Shown here: piece by piece, positions 36,623-47,094 of the stretch
How the letters are laid out: the number at the start of each line of letters is the position of its first letter
Position numbering within the stretch: position 1 is the stretch's first letter
Virus record (IMG/VR): IMGVR_UViG_3300028591_000090
Span: 64,001 to 128,000 of that record
Length of the DNA stretch: 64,000 nucleotides
Strand: one strand, 5' to 3'
Source of the DNA: a virus
Taxonomy: Duplodnaviria > Caudoviricetes
Notes under the pieces: model-generated
Told to the model about the DNA's origin: nothing
The model's input: only the letters and a program-made list of their open reading frames with translations
The model's database searches: none
Translations under genes and position numbers: made by a program

Positions 36623-37989
36623 TGTAATTTTTTGTATTCTGCTTTTCTTTCATTCATCATTCGTTTATATTCAAATCTTTTATCCAAATATCTTGTAAAC
36701 ATTCTTGCTGTTACAGATTGTTTTGATGTATCAAATATTGTTCCTACTGCTGTCTTAACATATTGTTTTCCAACACATTTTGATTCATCTCTACCAAGAT
36801 ATGCCTCAGGTGAAATATCGAATTGTATACCAAGAGAGATATACATTGCTCTAAAATCAAACGAACCGATGTTTTTCTTAAATCCTTTTTCTGGCTCTTT
36901 TATGTAAGCACCCTCATAAGTATCTATTTTTTTATTATTTGAACCTTTTTGTACTGGAAAATATAATCCATCTTTTGCAAATTCTCTACAATATATCAAG
37001 TTAGATACATATACATTCGAGAATATCTTACTTATTTCTACTTGAGAAATCGTACATAAAGACGCTATAGCCTCCGATATTAACAAGGTTTCATTAATAT
37101 ATTTAACGAGACAACTATCAATTATGTTATAAAGCATAAAACGATATTCGTCTTGCATAAATTCTTTCATTGTATTATACGGATTTTCCAATTTATCCAA
37201 TCCAAATAGATAATTTGACACCGTACCCAATTTGAAATTTTCAAGTTTCTCTATAAATCTAAACTCTTTTGTTGCCTCACAAAAATCAACAATACCTAAA
37301 TGAGTAGGAATATGATATTGACCTTGCGTCGTCATTGTTGGCATTCTACCTAATAAATTAACACCTAATTTTACACAACGATTATAAATATAAGTCCAAT
37401 CATATTCAACGACTTTCCAGCCTGCTATAAATCCAAGTTTAGGTAACACAGCATTGGCAAAGAAATTAAGCATATCTCCCTCTATTGGGAATCTTCTAAA
37501 AAAGATTGAAAACTTTGCATTAAATTGTTTAAAATACTCATTTAATTCTTTTTCAAGAGATTTCATTTCCTCTATTGATAACTGCTTTAAAGTGCTTAAT
37601 ATTATCACATTATCATTATTAACAATAGAGATTGTATTTATAGGATATTCTGCTAAATTTGCTTCTGTAAATTCACCACTATCTGGAACATCGTTTTCTA
37701 TGTCAAGATAAGTAATACGTGGCATATTACGAGCATATATCTTATCGTGAAATTCTCCCTTAAAATATTTTAATAGTAATTCTTCTATTCTATATCGTGT
37801 TAATGATTGTGTTGCAATAGGCATAATACTATTGCCATTCCACGATTTATAATTCGTTGGTTTATCAGAATCATACCAATTAAACATTTCTCCGTCTGGT
37901 AAATTCAACTGCAATAATTCAAGTTTACCTTCTTCGTTATAGAAAGAAACCCTCATTATTTTATCAACTATATCACAACCAACAAGCAT
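36610..37989 (-). CDS. family B DNA polymerase, N-terminal half (exonuclease plus region II only)
   Basis: ExoI LDIE, ExoII GWKVVEYDWTYI, ExoIII YNIID, YEGAYIKEP..G, DFRAMY, ISPE; stops just after KRFEYK. Start moved to ATG 37989. Confidence 0.82.
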   Translation of the reverse strand: MLVGCDIVDKIMRVSFYNEEGKLELLQLNLPDGEMFNWYDSDKPTNYKSWNGNSIMPIATQSLTRYRIEELLLKYFKGEFHDKIYARNMPRITYLDIENDVPDSGEFTEANLAEYPINTISIVNNDNVIILSTLKQLSIEEMKSLEKELNEYFKQFNAKFSIFFRRFPIEGDMLNFFANAVLPKLGFIAGWKVVEYDWTYIYNRCVKLGVNLLGRMPTMTTQGQYHIPTHLGIVDFCEATKEFRFIEKLENFKLGTVSNYLFGLDKLENPYNTMKEFMQDEYRFMLYNIIDSCLVKYINETLLISEAIASLCTISQVEISKIFSNVYVSNLIYCREFAKDGLYFPVQKGSNNKKIDTYEGAYIKEPEKGFKKNIGSFDFRAMYISLGIQFDISPEAYLGRDESKCVGKQYVKTAVGTIFDTSKQSVTARMFTRYLDKRFEYKRMMNERKAEYKKLQCGN

Positions 37990-38014
37990 AATTATTTTTT
38001 TTCGCAAAAATAAA

Positions 38015-38055
38015 AAAGAAAGTTGACATTTCAAAGAAAAACATCAACTTTCTTT
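38015..38055 (-). terminator. stem-loop/terminator
   Basis: aaagaaagttga...tcaactttcttt. Confidence 0.5.
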
Positions 38056-38084
38056 CAAATAACCTTTTAAAATAATTTTTAAAA

Positions 38085-38567
38085 TTATTCTTTTCTTGTA
38101 ATTCCTGCCTCTTCTGGAGTAATATCTTGAGCAGGAGTATTATTTTTCTTGCTATCTTCAAGTTGTTTGATTGCCAAATAACTTGCTTCAAGAACATTAA
38201 CGGCAACTTCACCGTATTTTTTACGCATATTGAACAAAGGTACAAATGGATTTGATTCAATATTGATTTTCTCTTTTTCAGAATCAAAAGATACTGCACT
38301 CAAAGCCATTTCAATCAACAATAATTGTGATTTTTCGTCCATAAGAGCAAATGCATCCTCATAGATAAAAACTTGCACCATATCTTCTTTTTGTGCGATA
38401 AATTCAGTTGCTGCTGACGCTTTACTTACTTTTATCATATCCTTTGCTTTTGTTAAAGACATAACACGTAAATTAAGTCCATAACTTTCAAGCCCGGTCT
38501 TTGCAAACTGGTCTTCAACCATCTTTACAATATCCTCATCTGTTTCGTAAATTTTTCCCATAATCAA
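38085..38567 (-). CDS. hypothetical protein resembling phage putative metallopeptidases but lacking HExxH
   Basis: QLLLIEMALSAV at the expected helix; KKYG. Confidence 0.45.
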   Translation of the reverse strand: MIMGKIYETDEDIVKMVEDQFAKTGLESYGLNLRVMSLTKAKDMIKVSKASAATEFIAQKEDMVQVFIYEDAFALMDEKSQLLLIEMALSAVSFDSEKEKINIESNPFVPLFNMRKKYGEVAVNVLEASYLAIKQLEDSKKNNTPAQDITPEEAGITRKE

Positions 38568-38620
38568 ATAACTTTTAATTAACTCGGCAAAAATAATACA
38601 AAAATATCAAAAAAGCAAAA

Positions 38621-39202
38621 TTATTGAGGATTATTTTCTTCTTCTCCGATTTCTTCACCTCTAAACATTGCTCTATCAAACAAATCAAACATTTTTAATA
38701 GAACATTATAGTATTCAAGAGTTTTCTTCAAAGATTTCTTATAAACATCAACTAATTGTTGTGGTAAATTTGCTATCGTATTACCAGAATAAGCATAATA
38801 TAATTTCTTCAAATCTTCTTTTGAAATAGAATCATTACCCAACCATTGTGTTATAACAGAATACTTTTCACGATATAATTCACTAAAGCCAAACCAATTG
38901 ATAATGTCTTTTAATTGTTGACACAAATAAGTAGGATCGTCATTTGCCAAAATATTATCTATTCTACTAATATAATCCTCATATTTACGTATCTTTTGGA
39001 TTGTTTCATTAAAAATGGTGTAATAGTATTTAATTGATTCGTCTGGTATCACCACATTTCCGTGAGGTGTCATAAACTGTACACCATTACCCTTAATGAT
39101 AACTCTCATTTGAGAATTATTCATACCATCTTTAATCATTTGCTTTACACCTTGTAAATCAAGTGAACGAGCCTCTTCCTCTCTTTCTGCTTTTGTTGAC
39201 AT
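38621..39202 (-). CDS. hypothetical protein
   Basis: 193-aa ORF. Confidence 0.6.
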   Translation of the reverse strand: MSTKAEREEEARSLDLQGVKQMIKDGMNNSQMRVIIKGNGVQFMTPHGNVVIPDESIKYYYTIFNETIQKIRKYEDYISRIDNILANDDPTYLCQQLKDIINWFGFSELYREKYSVITQWLGNDSISKEDLKKLYYAYSGNTIANLPQQLVDVYKKSLKKTLEYYNVLLKMFDLFDRAMFRGEEIGEEENNPQ

Positions 39203-39208
39203 TCTAAA

Positions 39209-39700
39209 TTATTTTTTCTCCGATTCGGTTTCTTCTTTTTCTGCCTTTTCTGCTTCTGCTTTAATTTTCTCCAACTTTTGTTTTCTATGGCTAATATCAG
39301 CAGAGATAATCATTTTAATTATTTCAGCTAAAAGGTTTTCTGTATAAGTAATAACCTCTTCGTTATTATTTAGTGATTCAATCAGTTTACTTCCAAATTG
39401 TCTTATCATTGCAACCATATCTTCGGCAGCAATAAACACATCTTCTTTACCAATTTCATTCACTTTATCTACCGTTCTTAATTGAACTTGCAATTCTTCT
39501 GCTTTTTCATTAAAACTTTTGTCTGGAACAAGATTTTTTACCATTCCTTTCCAATCACAATTACTACAAACAGCAGTATTAACATCATCAGAAAAATTAT
39601 TTTCGTCTGTTGCAATTACTCCTTTAGCTGTTAAAACAACATTTTTACTTCCACATTTAGGACAATTCGTATGTCTTAAATACCATTCATTTCTTTTCAT
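39209..39700 (-). CDS. Zn-ribbon-containing protein
   Basis: CPKCG...CSNCDWKG. Confidence 0.6.
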   Translation of the reverse strand: MKRNEWYLRHTNCPKCGSKNVVLTAKGVIATDENNFSDDVNTAVCSNCDWKGMVKNLVPDKSFNEKAEELQVQLRTVDKVNEIGKEDVFIAAEDMVAMIRQFGSKLIESLNNNEEVITYTENLLAEIIKMIISADISHRKQKLEKIKAEAEKAEKEETESEKK

Positions 39701-39715
39701 TTTAAATATATTTTT

Positions 39716-40222
39716 TTAAATACTTTCTTTTAATAGATATTTTTTCGCAATATTCTTCGATTTCATATAATCAACCCTTACTGTATTTACATTCATATTA
39801 TATTCTTCCGAAATCTCCTTATGCTTGTAATTTTCTATTGCGTAAAGTTTGAATACGTCACAACAAACCTTGCTTTCTGATTCTATAGAACTTGTAATGT
39901 ATTGTTTCAAATCGTTATATTGGAACTCATCAAAATCTGTTGAATATTCTCTCAACGATTCATAACAATCATCTATATCTTCTTCTTTCTTTTTATACTT
40001 GTTGTGCCTAATATAATCTATTGTATTGTTTATTGCTATTCTTGTAATATAAGTTTTACAAGATTTCAAATCTATTTTATCCAACACTTTAGATATTTTC
40101 AGAAACGCATCTTGAGCACAATCCTCTGCGTCTTCTACATTTTTTGTATACTTCAAACAAACATTTTTTATATACGACCAATATTTTTCATATAACAAAT
40201 TCAACTTATCATTATTATTCAT
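39716..40222 (-). CDS. ECF-type sigma factor
   Basis: DAEDCAQDAFLK, YITRIAIN..ID..R, YKHKEISE....NTVR. Start moved to ATG 40222. Confidence 0.85.
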   Translation of the reverse strand: MNNNDKLNLLYEKYWSYIKNVCLKYTKNVEDAEDCAQDAFLKISKVLDKIDLKSCKTYITRIAINNTIDYIRHNKYKKKEEDIDDCYESLREYSTDFDEFQYNDLKQYITSSIESESKVCCDVFKLYAIENYKHKEISEEYNMNVNTVRVDYMKSKNIAKKYLLKESI

Positions 40223-40302
40223 CAGAAAATCATTATTTCTGCAACGCAAAGATACCAAAAAATAAAAAAAATACTAAATAATAGAAAAGAGCATTATTTA
40301 CT

Positions 40303-41037
40303 ATGACTTTGAAAGAATTAGAAACCGATGTAATGAATGAAATCACCTTTAGTGGTGCACTTCCTTTCAAACTTCCAATGAAAGAACTTGAACGTATTAT
40401 AACAAATGCAAAAAGATATTTTTACGACTATTGGAGATATGGACTTGAAAAAACACATATAATTATTCCATTAGACGTTTTCAAGTCACCTCTATATGAG
40501 AAACAACACGGTATTTTCTTACCAGAATGTATTCAATATGTTACAGCGTGTGAAGAATGCAAAGGTAGTTCTATTTTTGGCTCTATTGATAGAGATTTAG
40601 GAGACCAGAAATTCGTTGGTTCTGAACTATTCCTAACACCTTTTATGGGAGAAGCGTTAGTATATAGATTAGCAATGTTTTCGTTTCTTGACTTGACAAA
40701 AAACCTGACTATTTCTACTTTGTCATACGATTACAATAACGGTTCACATTTCTTGAGAATATTAGGTAGAAGTCCAAAAGTAAATGTACACCTTGCTGTT
40801 TCAAAAAGAGTAGAAGATGAATACTTATATAACCTTGAAATATTCCAAAGATATGTCCGTGCAAAAGCAAAGATAAGAACGCAAGAAATGTTATCTATTC
40901 TTGATTTTAATCTTCCTGGTGAATTTAAATATAACTATTCAGAAATGGCAAATTTTGCAAAAGACGAAATGACACAACTTGAAGAAACCATAAAAGGTGA
41001 AAACGTGAACGATTTCATTATTATGACAAATTATTAA
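40303..41037 (+). CDS. neck/head-tail adaptor protein (T4 gp13-like)
   Basis: N-terminal helix with A..YFYDY, Y..AKAK and LPG motifs; TAAATAA upstream. Confidence 0.55.
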   Translation: MTLKELETDVMNEITFSGALPFKLPMKELERIITNAKRYFYDYWRYGLEKTHIIIPLDVFKSPLYEKQHGIFLPECIQYVTACEECKGSSIFGSIDRDLGDQKFVGSELFLTPFMGEALVYRLAMFSFLDLTKNLTISTLSYDYNNGSHFLRILGRSPKVNVHLAVSKRVEDEYLYNLEIFQRYVRAKAKIRTQEMLSILDFNLPGEFKYNYSEMANFAKDEMTQLEETIKGENVNDFIIMTNY

Positions 41038-41041
41038 TATT

Positions 41042-41401
41042 ATGAAAGATTTTTATTTCAGAAATGAACAAGACCCCAATTATCTGCCTGATATATTAGA
41101 AACATCAGACACTATAGAATGTTTAATTACTCAAATAAGAATGTGTTTAGAAACAAAAAATGGTGATGTTTTGGGTGCTTATTATTTTGGTGTTGGTTTT
41201 GATGAATTATTATTCAAACAAAATATCGACTTGAATAATTTATGCAGAAGAGTTAAAACTCACATAAAAGAATATAGTTTGGTTTCTCACGATTTTGTCG
41301 TTGATTGTGGAGCAAAAACAATATACAACGATTCGTATAGAGAAGACGCTATTTTAGATATATCAATCAACGGACAATCAATTTTAGGTTACGCAATGTA
41401 A
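41042..41401 (+). CDS. baseplate wedge/sheath-initiator protein (gp25-like)
   Basis: QIRMCLETKNGDVLG..FGVG..LLF. Confidence 0.65.
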   Translation: MKDFYFRNEQDPNYLPDILETSDTIECLITQIRMCLETKNGDVLGAYYFGVGFDELLFKQNIDLNNLCRRVKTHIKEYSLVSHDFVVDCGAKTIYNDSYREDAILDISINGQSILGYAM

Positions 41402-41402
41402 C

Positions 41403-41432
41403 AAAAAAGCCAAATCAAATGATTTGGCTTTT
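41403..41432. terminator. bidirectional terminator
   Basis: aaaagccaaatc-aaat-gatttggctttt. Confidence 0.8.
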
Positions 41433-41435
41433 CTG

Positions 41436-41813
41436 TTACTCTACTCTTTGTAAAATTCTTACTATCTTTTCTTTGAGTTTTTGTCCTAATCCATCTCTTG
41501 TACCTAATGCGTTATCCATTGCGTCAAAAGACAAATAATTACAGCAAACATCATTGTCAAAATCTTGCGATTTGCGATAAATACCCTTTATTTTAACCTC
41601 GCCATTTTCCAATAACCCAGATATACGATAATTATCGCCATCAAACTCAAAAGTTATATCAAAAGAATTATCCTCGTTTATATTTTTACTACAAATTCCA
41701 TCTTGTACGTTACAAAATACAGAAGCACACGAAACAAGGTTTGCGTGTTCCTCTGGATTTCCTAACATTTCATTTAAAATGTCATCGTATGAATATATTA
41801 CACTCTTACGCAT
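41436..41813 (-). CDS. hypothetical protein
   Basis: Start moved to ATG 41813, coupled to the upstream stop. Confidence 0.55.
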   Translation of the reverse strand: MRKSVIYSYDDILNEMLGNPEEHANLVSCASVFCNVQDGICSKNINEDNSFDITFEFDGDNYRISGLLENGEVKIKGIYRKSQDFDNDVCCNYLSFDAMDNALGTRDGLGQKLKEKIVRILQRVE

Positions 41814-44766
41814 TTTCTTTTGGTTCTTCTTGTTTAGTTTCTTCTGCTTTAGGTTCTTCATTAGTTGTCTTTTCTACAGAAACAACGTCTTCGTCATTAA
41901 CAGTAGATGTAGAACCATCTCCATTTTCAACTTCTATCAACATATCTGCTACTGTTTTTTCAGAACCATCTTCTAATTTAATTTTGTCACCCTCTTGTGG
42001 ATTAACGCCATTATCTTCGTTAGATTCGCCATTAGTAGCATCATCTTTTAGTTTTTGTAATTCGCTCGAAACTTTTTGCTCAAGTTCTGCAATTTTCTTA
42101 TCGTCTGCTTCTCTTAATGATTTATATTTGTCATCAGAAAGAATTTCTTCTCTTAATTGTGCTAAAGTATCAAGCATTAAACCTTCTGCTTTCTTTTTCA
42201 TACGATTAGCGGCACGACCACCTTTATGTGTTGAACTTGCTTCTCGAATACCGTTATTAAATTCATCTTTTATTTCTTTTTCTTGTCTTTTGAAAGCTGC
42301 TATTGCATTATCAATATTTTCTCCATCGTATTCTTTTTCACCAAGTTTTTTATCGTACTCTGCTTTCATTCTATTGGCTATAACCTCTGGCAATTCTTTT
42401 GTATATTTGTGAATTGCATATTTTACTTGTGCACTACCAAGAAGACCAAGTTCTTTCAAATCAGTAGCATAGTCAAAACCTTTCTTTAATGCACCACCTA
42501 AAGTCAATGCACCACCTAAAGCACCCATAGCTGCTTTACCAATTCCCTTACCTACTTTTCCAAGACCTTTACCAACAGTTTTCATTGCATCAAGAAAACC
42601 CTCATTGACTGGTTTTAAGTCTTCTACGCAAATATTATAACCTCTACTGTCGATTATAAGAGAATCTTCACCTTTTTTATTTTTACCAAAATCTACACTA
42701 ACCCAATCAGAAGTATATGCACCTTCTAATACTTGTGCTTGTGTACCATCTTGATTAAATTTCACTCCTAAAACATAATCATCATCTTCAAAATAATGAG
42801 TTGGTCCAAAAGATTCAACAACTTTGTCGTAATCCTCTTTTATTTCAGTATCATCTACAGGGATGTCATTTTTTTTTTCGGTATCTGTTATATCAGTTGT
42901 TTCAGTTTGAAAATCTTCGTTTTCGTTTACTTGCCCTTCTGGTTTTACCTCCTCGCATTTAGCGTCTCTTTCGTGTGCTTGACCACATTTAGGACATTTG
43001 ATTATTTGATTATCTTCATTTGTAGATTCCAAACTTTCAATTACAGTATAATCAGTACCTTCACCCTCTTCATTTACCGTACCCTCAATTGGTTGGTTTG
43101 AACTATTGTCACCGTTTTCTGTAGAGCCATTATCACCACATTCATTACATTCTTCGCTTTCTTTGATTGGTTTTGCAAATCTCAAAGCGTCACTTGCTTT
43201 ACACAATTTTTCATAATTGCTCTTCAAATCGTTCATTCCACCGAATAAAACATCTTTAAGACTTTCAACATCTTTTCTATCTTCTTCATTCAAATCAGTA
43301 TAAGTAGCCTCATTTAACTTATTATAGGCTTCTTTATATTCTTCAATTTTCTTGTTGATTTCAGCCTTTTGTTCTTCGATTTTAGCAATATCTTTACGAA
43401 CATCTTTAATACTCATTTCAAAAACATTCGATACATCAAAACCAAACTTATTCAAACAAAACTCATACAATTTATATGCATTCATTTTATAAACGTCTGT
43501 TTTTGATTCTGAAACATAATCATATACAAAATATTCATTACCAATATTGAATATCATAGAAGATGCTCCACGTTTTTCGTTAATCATAAATTTAACAAAC
43601 GGCATATTGTATATGTTACTAACATTTTCCAATATTGTATACAAGCAAGATTTTGCTGTAGTGCTTTCAACAACTAAACTTTCGTTTTTCTTTGCCTCAT
43701 CAACATTAGTAACTTTCTTACCATTAATAAAGAAATCCAAGCATTGATTTTCGTTCAATTTGAAATCAACTGTTGAGTGAGATAATTTAGTTGTAACACC
43801 ATTATTAGTCAAATGGAAACCAAGAGATTCAAATGCTTTAACAGCACCATAGAATTTACTATTTTTATCAAATACATCTAAATCACTTATTTCATATACA
43901 TTAACTTTACCCTCTGAAATAACTCTTGCAACACCACTTTGTTTTTCTGGTGTAATTTTAATAAAGGTATTATCAACATAGAATGTAACATTTTTACCTT
44001 CTCTCAATACTGGACCAACATAATTATATACTTTAGTTTCTCCATTGCTTTGACCTAAATCAAAAGTATTAATTCCTTTTGATGCTCTTATACCACGCAA
44101 TGTAGATAACATATTGATAATAGAAGCGTTATTAACTGATTCTCCAAGTCTTATTGCCAAAACCTCTGGATTATATTCATTATCAACAACACTTTGTTTC
44201 AATGTACTAACTGCACTTGGATTCATACAATATCCACCCATTGAATCAGCATATTTAATAGTGTCAAGAACGCAAAGTTTTTCTTGATTATCATTTACAT
44301 AATTATTGATTTCATCTTGTGCGTTTCTTACAGCATCATAATCTTTATACTTGTCTAACAAACCACTAAGAGAATTCAAATACAAATATGACGGTCTTTT
44401 TGACGTTTGACAATCTTTCTGAATATCATTTAAACAAGTAGTCAATTCTGGTTCTGATTGAACTTCTGCTTTTACTTTATCGCACAAACCATTAACGTCA
44501 AATTCATTGCAACAAGCATCAATATATCCGTCAACGTCGTTTTTCTTTTCGTCTTCAATTTTATCATCAACAGAATTAATAATAGAAGACAAATCGCTAT
44601 TATTCATATATTGATTTACATCAGTTAAACCTTCTTTAAGGTCTGTCAAAAACTGCATATTGTTTTCAAACTTAATGTTCTCTAAAACTGCACGTAATAC
44701 TTTACTGTTATTCAATTCAGCGTTACTTTCAATGACCATCTGAATTTTGTTAATAAATTCTCTCAT
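41806..44766 (-). CDS. large acidic virion/prohead-core-like protein
   Basis: 986 aa, many (L/V/I)xE sites typical of T4-type prohead protease substrates; TAAATAA upstream. Confidence 0.55.
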   Translation of the reverse strand: MREFINKIQMVIESNAELNNSKVLRAVLENIKFENNMQFLTDLKEGLTDVNQYMNNSDLSSIINSVDDKIEDEKKNDVDGYIDACCNEFDVNGLCDKVKAEVQSEPELTTCLNDIQKDCQTSKRPSYLYLNSLSGLLDKYKDYDAVRNAQDEINNYVNDNQEKLCVLDTIKYADSMGGYCMNPSAVSTLKQSVVDNEYNPEVLAIRLGESVNNASIINMLSTLRGIRASKGINTFDLGQSNGETKVYNYVGPVLREGKNVTFYVDNTFIKITPEKQSGVARVISEGKVNVYEISDLDVFDKNSKFYGAVKAFESLGFHLTNNGVTTKLSHSTVDFKLNENQCLDFFINGKKVTNVDEAKKNESLVVESTTAKSCLYTILENVSNIYNMPFVKFMINEKRGASSMIFNIGNEYFVYDYVSESKTDVYKMNAYKLYEFCLNKFGFDVSNVFEMSIKDVRKDIAKIEEQKAEINKKIEEYKEAYNKLNEATYTDLNEEDRKDVESLKDVLFGGMNDLKSNYEKLCKASDALRFAKPIKESEECNECGDNGSTENGDNSSNQPIEGTVNEEGEGTDYTVIESLESTNEDNQIIKCPKCGQAHERDAKCEEVKPEGQVNENEDFQTETTDITDTEKKNDIPVDDTEIKEDYDKVVESFGPTHYFEDDDYVLGVKFNQDGTQAQVLEGAYTSDWVSVDFGKNKKGEDSLIIDSRGYNICVEDLKPVNEGFLDAMKTVGKGLGKVGKGIGKAAMGALGGALTLGGALKKGFDYATDLKELGLLGSAQVKYAIHKYTKELPEVIANRMKAEYDKKLGEKEYDGENIDNAIAAFKRQEKEIKDEFNNGIREASSTHKGGRAANRMKKKAEGLMLDTLAQLREEILSDDKYKSLREADDKKIAELEQKVSSELQKLKDDATNGESNEDNGVNPQEGDKIKLEDGSEKTVADMLIEVENGDGSTSTVNDEDVVSVEKTTNEEPKAEETKQEEPKENA

Positions 44767-44791
44767 TAAAATAAAAATTTTTTCTTTTTTG

Positions 44792-46792
44792 TTATTTATT
44801 ATCTATTTCCGATTTTGGTTTCATTGTAACGATTGGAGATATTTCACTTCCGTCTTCAACATAACCAGGAATATGAACGTCTGACGCTATTTCATCATCT
44901 TTTTCATATGCCGATTGTAATTCTTGTATTTTTCTTAATCTTGTTTCCTCTATAGAGTATTCTTTCATAACTTGATTAAGATTATCTTTATATTCACCAA
45001 TTTGATATTGATTCAACCAAAAACCAGTATAGATTGTATTGCTTGCTCCTGTTGCATAATTAGTTGTTACAATATAGAAATCGTTAGTCGTTGATGTTAA
45101 AATTTGTGAAGCAAGTTTTTCATCAATATAAAACATAACTTGACCTTTATCTGGTCTTATAGTTTTATCTTCTGTGGAAGCCTCAACAGTTATTTTTGCA
45201 GAATTATTATTAATATCGAATACAAGTTTAACATCTGTACCACTACCACCAAAATTCAAGTTTTTAGGTTGCAATACACCGTTCTTTTCTTCATATATTG
45301 TAAACTTATAATACGAATCCATTGGCTTTAATATAATACGTAAATCATATTGTTTATAGATTATTCTACTATCTGTTAGATTCTCGTTCAATACAACGTC
45401 AGGCTCAACAGATACTTTATTATAATCTACATATAACGGATAAGAGAATTTTGTATTTATAACATTAGAAGAATCCTCTCTTAATGGTCTATCCATAAAT
45501 ATCTGTTCTTCGTACAATTCCGTAGCGTCTGCAGCACTCTTGAATACTCTGTTATAAATCTTATTTGGTGTTACATCGCCAAGACCAAAAATACCAACTG
45601 TATTCTTACCATATTTGTTTACATTTAATGACATACAACTACTTGTTCTAATTACTTGTTCACCAGTATTTTCATTCAATAAACGTGCTTGGTAATCAAT
45701 ACTAAAACTTGTATCTATTGGTGCATTTTTAAGAACAGGTCTAAATGTCATATACTCATCAAAATCATCTTCTTGGTATGAAGTCATTGTATATGTTTTC
45801 TTAATTTCACCATTTCTATCGTTTTCATATAATATAATTTGATGAATTATATCCCATTTATCGCCAGTAGAAGCAAGACGATTCATAAAATTCTCAACAG
45901 AACCATCTCCGTAACGCATACCGTATGTAAAATAATTACCGTCTGTTGCTTCTTCTATAGAAGCATTTACCATTTCATATTCATTAAATTGAGATATAGA
46001 AGCCTCGTAATGTTCCGATAAATTAAAGAACAAATAACTGTGGTCTTCTGTTTTTAACGTATAATCAGTTGAACATTCTTCCACAGAAATTGTTATCGGT
46101 GCATTTTTAGTAAAACCTTTATATCTTGTTTCATTTGTATATTTGGTAATATCTTCCCTCGACAACCAAGCAGCCGACGTATCTTTTCTTGATATTGCAG
46201 AATAATATTCGTTGTTTAACGCTTTTATTGACGGAATCTTAAACTCTACATATCTATCAAATTTTGCATTCGTTAAAAAGATTGGAAATGAATTATATGT
46301 AACCAAATCTGCATAATTTGCCGAATTAAGGTAAACTGATAAGAAATAATTATAAGTTCCGTCTGTCATTAAATTTCTTACCGTAAACACAAGTGCTGCA
46401 AAATTTGTCAATGTATATCCAGATATAAAATGAAATCTAACTGTATCAACATTGGTATGTATATAATCAATCATATCTCCACCCATTAAATCTGATTTAA
46501 TGAGTTTTTTATTATACTCAAATATATCATTCTTTTCATCAAATGTAGCAAATCTATCATTTTCGTATGGAAAAACAGTATATTTCTCAACATTATTTGT
46601 ATAATATGTTGCTCTTGGATAAGAATGTTTATCAGAACAATAGCATTGCTTTATTTTAGCAATTTGATTGTCTACAAGATACATTGCATAATCTTCTGTC
46701 TCGTTGTTTACGGTTACATCATTAAATATGTATTCAACAAGGCAATAGTCTGTTATTCTAATAAATTTACTGTTATTTGAGTTTGATTTCAT
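44792..46792 (-). CDS. putative virion structural protein
   Basis: 666 aa, beta-rich, within the structural block. Confidence 0.5.
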   Translation of the reverse strand: MKSNSNNSKFIRITDYCLVEYIFNDVTVNNETEDYAMYLVDNQIAKIKQCYCSDKHSYPRATYYTNNVEKYTVFPYENDRFATFDEKNDIFEYNKKLIKSDLMGGDMIDYIHTNVDTVRFHFISGYTLTNFAALVFTVRNLMTDGTYNYFLSVYLNSANYADLVTYNSFPIFLTNAKFDRYVEFKIPSIKALNNEYYSAISRKDTSAAWLSREDITKYTNETRYKGFTKNAPITISVEECSTDYTLKTEDHSYLFFNLSEHYEASISQFNEYEMVNASIEEATDGNYFTYGMRYGDGSVENFMNRLASTGDKWDIIHQIILYENDRNGEIKKTYTMTSYQEDDFDEYMTFRPVLKNAPIDTSFSIDYQARLLNENTGEQVIRTSSCMSLNVNKYGKNTVGIFGLGDVTPNKIYNRVFKSAADATELYEEQIFMDRPLREDSSNVINTKFSYPLYVDYNKVSVEPDVVLNENLTDSRIIYKQYDLRIILKPMDSYYKFTIYEEKNGVLQPKNLNFGGSGTDVKLVFDINNNSAKITVEASTEDKTIRPDKGQVMFYIDEKLASQILTSTTNDFYIVTTNYATGASNTIYTGFWLNQYQIGEYKDNLNQVMKEYSIEETRLRKIQELQSAYEKDDEIASDVHIPGYVEDGSEISPIVTMKPKSEIDNK

Positions 46793-47082
46793 TACTCTCC
46801 ATTGATTTTTTGTGTTATAAACTTATCTATATTTCTTTCTATTATCAAATAAGACTGAAAATCTTTATCTTTCAACAAATTAAAAAAATCTTTTTCTCTT
46901 TTCTTTATTATTTCCTTTTCGACTGTTAATGAATGGCTTTTTAGTTCCAAATCATTCAATTTTTCCTTTAATTCGCCTATTTCTTTAGAAACAACAGAAT
47001 ATTCGTCTCCGACTCTTTTATACTCGGAAATAATTTCATTAATTTCGTCTTCATATTCCTTTTTTACACCTTCAACTACCAT
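46792..47082 (-). CDS. coiled-coil hypothetical protein
   Basis: Heptad pattern. Confidence 0.55.
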   Translation of the reverse strand: MVVEGVKKEYEDEINEIISEYKRVGDEYSVVSKEIGELKEKLNDLELKSHSLTVEKEIIKKREKDFFNLLKDKDFQSYLIIERNIDKFITQKINGE

Positions 47083-47094
47083 AAACTACATTTT

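Noticed and set aside
41741-42412. 223-aa plus-strand ORF and similar antisense ORFs (e.g. 47735-49111, 3948-4226, 55648-56034)
   Set aside because: Ser/Phe/Leu-rich shadows of Glu/Lys-rich genes on the opposite strand
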